Below, piece after piece: positions 61,038 to 64,000 of a DNA stretch of 64,000 nt; the first letter of the stretch is position 1, and each line of letters starts with the position of its first letter. Below the pieces are notes generated by a model. The model worked only from the letters and a program-made list of their open reading frames with translations, was not told the origin of the DNA and ran no database searches. The stretch lies in the IMG/VR virus record IMGVR_UViG_3300010399_000032, one strand, 5' to 3'. Position numbers and translations under genes: made by a program. The stretch is from a virus.

Positions 61038-61537
61038 ATAGTTGTTCCCATTCCCCTGTTATGAAACTCTCGTATAAGCGCTACATTGTCCGAACACACA
61101 CCATTAAAATTATTCCAACAAAAATTCCAAGCTTCGGAGCTAGGAACATCGAGAGGAAAAGCCTTTTCAGGCATAACCGCAATAGCATCATATCGATTTT
61201 TGATTTCTAAGATATTATTTGGATGTACCCATATCTCACCAGAATTAGCTACAATAGCCATAGGATCCGCATCATGAATAAAAGTCTTATACCCATTATC
61301 TCGCAACTTGAAATAGGTTTCAAGTGATTTGGCGTGCCAATATATGTTTGGTTCCAGCAATAACTCAGCCGGTACAAGAGTTTCACAGTAATCATGCCCC
61401 AACCAAAGCTGGCCATTTTTAATTCGGACATCCGTTTCAATGGCATAATTCTTAAGAGCCAGTTTTAGATAATCTGGAGTGTTTTCATTTTTAAAATCTC
61501 GGCCATTGGTATTACCACGATGTGCGATAAATTTCAT
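61034..61537 (-). CDS. GDPD/PLC-like phosphodiesterase
   Basis: IAHRGN, ETDV, LGHD, HAK, GVCSD. Confidence 0.75.
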   Translation of the reverse strand: MKFIAHRGNTNGRDFKNENTPDYLKLALKNYAIETDVRIKNGQLWLGHDYCETLVPAELLLEPNIYWHAKSLETYFKLRDNGYKTFIHDADPMAIVANSGEIWVHPNNILEIKNRYDAIAVMPEKAFPLDVPSSEAWNFCWNNFNGVCSDNVALIREFHNRGMGTTI

Positions 61538-61539
61538 TA

Positions 61540-62322
61540 TTAATTCCTGTTAAAATCGTGTTTTTGACTGAACCAAGGATACCAATCAATATCCGGGAAT
61601 TGTCGAGCTACCGAATTGACAACTGGATGACCGTTATCCAATTCAACTCCCCATTTAGCTCGGAAGTGATCTTGACTATGTTTGAGTGTTGGATTATCTT
61701 TGCAACGCCTTTCAAATTCCCAATGTTGGTTGTCATAATTTGGATCTATGGTTTTGGATTGATAGGTTGTGATAATGTGTTTCGAAATTCCCGATTCATT
61801 CCATCTAAAACCCCAATTGTGACTGTCCTCCACAGAGATTCGACTTCTATCCCACGCAATCCAGACCCTCTTAAGAAAGTCCGCGTCAGCACAGTAGCAC
61901 CCAATATAGCGCTCATCCCACCAACCGACGTGCTGTAAGACACTTTTCCTAAGGAAAAACCACTGGTCTCCGGCGGGGCCCCACATAAAATCAAATTTTG
62001 GCTTTGTGGTCTCAAACCAGTCATAGAAATCCTCCGATATATCAGTATCATCTTGGATACAAATAAGTTCGTTTATTCCTTCGGTATCGAAGGCTTTCAT
62101 CATGATAGTATTCCATGACCTGGCGCACCATGAATTACTTTCTTCTGAATTTAGAGTATTGATCACCACCTGGTTGACAAACCCCTTATTGAGAGGAGCA
62201 ATTTGAACCTTAGGATGATTTGATAGAATGTTGACCATATATCCGTTAACGCCAAAATTATGAATAAGGCGGTTAAGGGCATCTGGTCGGTTAAACGTTA
62301 GTATCCAAATTTGGAGTGACAT
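61540..62322 (-). CDS. Glycosyltransferase (GT-A/GT2-like)
   Basis: LTFNRP, ARSWN, QDD, VGWWDERY, DADF. Confidence 0.8.
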   Translation of the reverse strand: MSLQIWILTFNRPDALNRLIHNFGVNGYMVNILSNHPKVQIAPLNKGFVNQVVINTLNSEESNSWCARSWNTIMMKAFDTEGINELICIQDDTDISEDFYDWFETTKPKFDFMWGPAGDQWFFLRKSVLQHVGWWDERYIGCYCADADFLKRVWIAWDRSRISVEDSHNWGFRWNESGISKHIITTYQSKTIDPNYDNQHWEFERRCKDNPTLKHSQDHFRAKWGVELDNGHPVVNSVARQFPDIDWYPWFSQKHDFNRN

Positions 62323-62346
62323 GTAATTGGTTTCCTATAAATGTTT

Positions 62347-62952
62347 TCATCGATAAAATCTCAAATCAATTTCGGAAAAGTTTTCGTGAGTATAAACCAC
62401 ATCAACATGGAAACCATTATTTGCCAAGAAATATCGGGCTTCCATATGATTATTTTGAGCACCTTCATATAATGGAATGTCCAAAGTACATTCAAGTTGC
62501 CCAGCTTTAACTCTTTCTATCGCCGAATGTAATGATTTTAGCACATTCAAATCCGATCCTTGAGCATCAATATGCAAATAATCTATATCTCCAACAGGAT
62601 AGTACAAATTCAAGAAACTGTCAAGTCTAATACACGGAACCGTTTCAACCCATGCAGGAGGAGTAGTGAATTCCTTGGCTTTTCCGATAACCGAGTTCTG
62701 TAAATCATGATGGAAATCATAAAGACTTCCAACACCTAGATCACCTACACTCGAAACATTGAAACTCTTAAATCCATTCTCAATATCCACAGCGAATGTG
62801 AAAATATGAATGTTCTTATTTCCTCGGAATTTTTCCTTAAGTAAGGGATAAAGCAGGGGGGATGGTTCAAAGGCAAAAATCTCCGAACCATCCTCGGCCA
62901 ATTTTATTGTCGTTGATCCTGTGTTTGCACCAACATCAAATTTAACAGTCAT
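62347..62952 (-). CDS. FkbM-family methyltransferase
   Basis: FDVGANTG, AFEP, RLD, HIDAQGSD..VLKS. Confidence 0.88.
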   Translation of the reverse strand: MTVKFDVGANTGSTTIKLAEDGSEIFAFEPSPLLYPLLKEKFRGNKNIHIFTFAVDIENGFKSFNVSSVGDLGVGSLYDFHHDLQNSVIGKAKEFTTPPAWVETVPCIRLDSFLNLYYPVGDIDYLHIDAQGSDLNVLKSLHSAIERVKAGQLECTLDIPLYEGAQNNHMEARYFLANNGFHVDVVYTHENFSEIDLRFYR

Positions 62953-63339
62953 ATGTAGTATCAGCAATAGCAACTTCTAAATGGCGTCTAATATCTACCA
63001 TCTGATCGCCCAAAATATGAAACGCTTGAACTTGAGACAAACCTAACACACTTATATCAACATGTCGCATCATTACTTCATTAAAATCGAACATATCAGG
63101 CTCAGTCTCAGGATCACTTAAAATCCAAGCCAAAAATATCTGGGAAGATTTGGAAAGTTTAGATTTTACTTGACTGACCAATTTTTTCTCCTATTCCTCG
63201 TTTTATATCATCAAATCGCCCATTAGCATTTATAGCTGTAATAAATAGCGATATTTTCACATTTTCGGCTTGTATGTTAGTTTCAAATGGTTTCGAGACG
63301 TTGATATCTAAATTTTTAATCAATTCATATAATGGTAAC

Positions 63340-64000
63340 TTATGCATCATGTTTCTTTGCTTGAATGAATAACCAATCACTTGCCCAATAAGGAGCATGG
63401 TATTGCCCATTGAGATTGGCATAGAGTTTATTTACATTGACCAATCTAAGGTCAACCTTATCAAAAATCTTCTCAAGGTCCTTCTTGACATTAGGTAAAT
63501 CATTCTGATTGATCACCATATCAGCATGACCATTGGTCGCCTTGGCATTCCAGAAATCGGAATCATAATTTGCGTGTTCGGTATCATTTGACCAGACGCC
63601 CGCCTGATAAGTTGCATTATAAGCCACTTGAATGGACATATACCCACCTGGCTTAAGAGTATTATAAAGACCCTTGAAAATATTCTCGCGGATGGTCTTG
63701 CAAGGAATATGCTGGATTGCAATGGTAGAAAATGCAATATCATAGGTATCTACCGGTGCAGAACCAACATCAATTCCAGATGACACAAAGAAATCTGACC
63801 CCTTTAAGTGTTCCCGAGCGAAATCAATAGCATATTCGGAAATATCTATACCATCAACCTTAGGAAATAATTTTAGGGCCCTGTTCACCATCCTCCCAGG
63901 TCCACACCCAAAATCGATCACCTTCGATGATGAAAAATCGACTAAAGGGTTGCCCTGCTCATCATAAAAGAGGTATTGTTCATAAGGAAAGGCTTCGTGC
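63340..64000 (-). CDS. Class I SAM-dependent methyltransferase (5' end outside the window)
   Basis: IDFGCGPGR, GIDIS, FSTIAIQH, LKPGG; frame stays open to the window edge. Confidence 0.85.
   Translation of the reverse strand, partial: HEAFPYEQYLFYDEQGNPLVDFSSSKVIDFGCGPGRMVNRALKLFPKVDGIDISEYAIDFAREHLKGSDFFVSSGIDVGSAPVDTYDIAFSTIAIQHIPCKTIRENIFKGLYNTLKPGGYMSIQVAYNATYQAGVWSNDTEHANYDSDFWNAKATNGHADMVINQNDLPNVKKDLEKIFDKVDLRLVNVNKLYANLNGQYHAPYWASDWLFIQAKKHDA

Noticed and set aside
1-64000. Genome-wide TAG or TGA reassignment
   Set aside because: Core genes are full length in code 11, and TAG/TGA end genes at the expected positions.

Overview
This window is a 64-kb segment of a large T4-like myophage genome, with essentially all genes on the minus strand. 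The host is probably an alphaproteobacterium: the tRNA-His has no G-1 and has A73, and the phage encodes a class II ribonucleotide reductase and GTA-type holins. From left to right it contains: (1) nrdJ (partial), thyX and gp61 primase; (2) a lysis cassette with two 3-TM holins and a GH19 endolysin; (3) a block of probable head-packaged proteins, including three tandem T7 gp0.7-like protein kinases and multi-enzyme polyproteins; (4) a ~30-kb accessory region with about 38 tRNA genes covering all 20 amino acids, several tRNA-like RNAs, homing endonucleases and many 55-90 aa ORFs; (5) the core replication genes gp41, gp40, uvsX and gp43; (6) a nucleotide-sugar/glycosyltransferase/methyltransferase cluster. 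The strongest novel-looking signals are RNA-centred. A Ro60/TROVE-like DUF2828 gene is preceded by an array of seven covarying Y-RNA-like units, two of which contain circularly permuted tRNA mimics. Four tRNAs (three Arg, one Tyr) have their D-stem partner and GG motif moved 3' of the anticodon arm. There is also an amber-suppressor tRNA and an RF1-like release factor interrupted by an in-frame UGA followed by a hairpin. All calls come from reading motifs by eye; no database searches were run.
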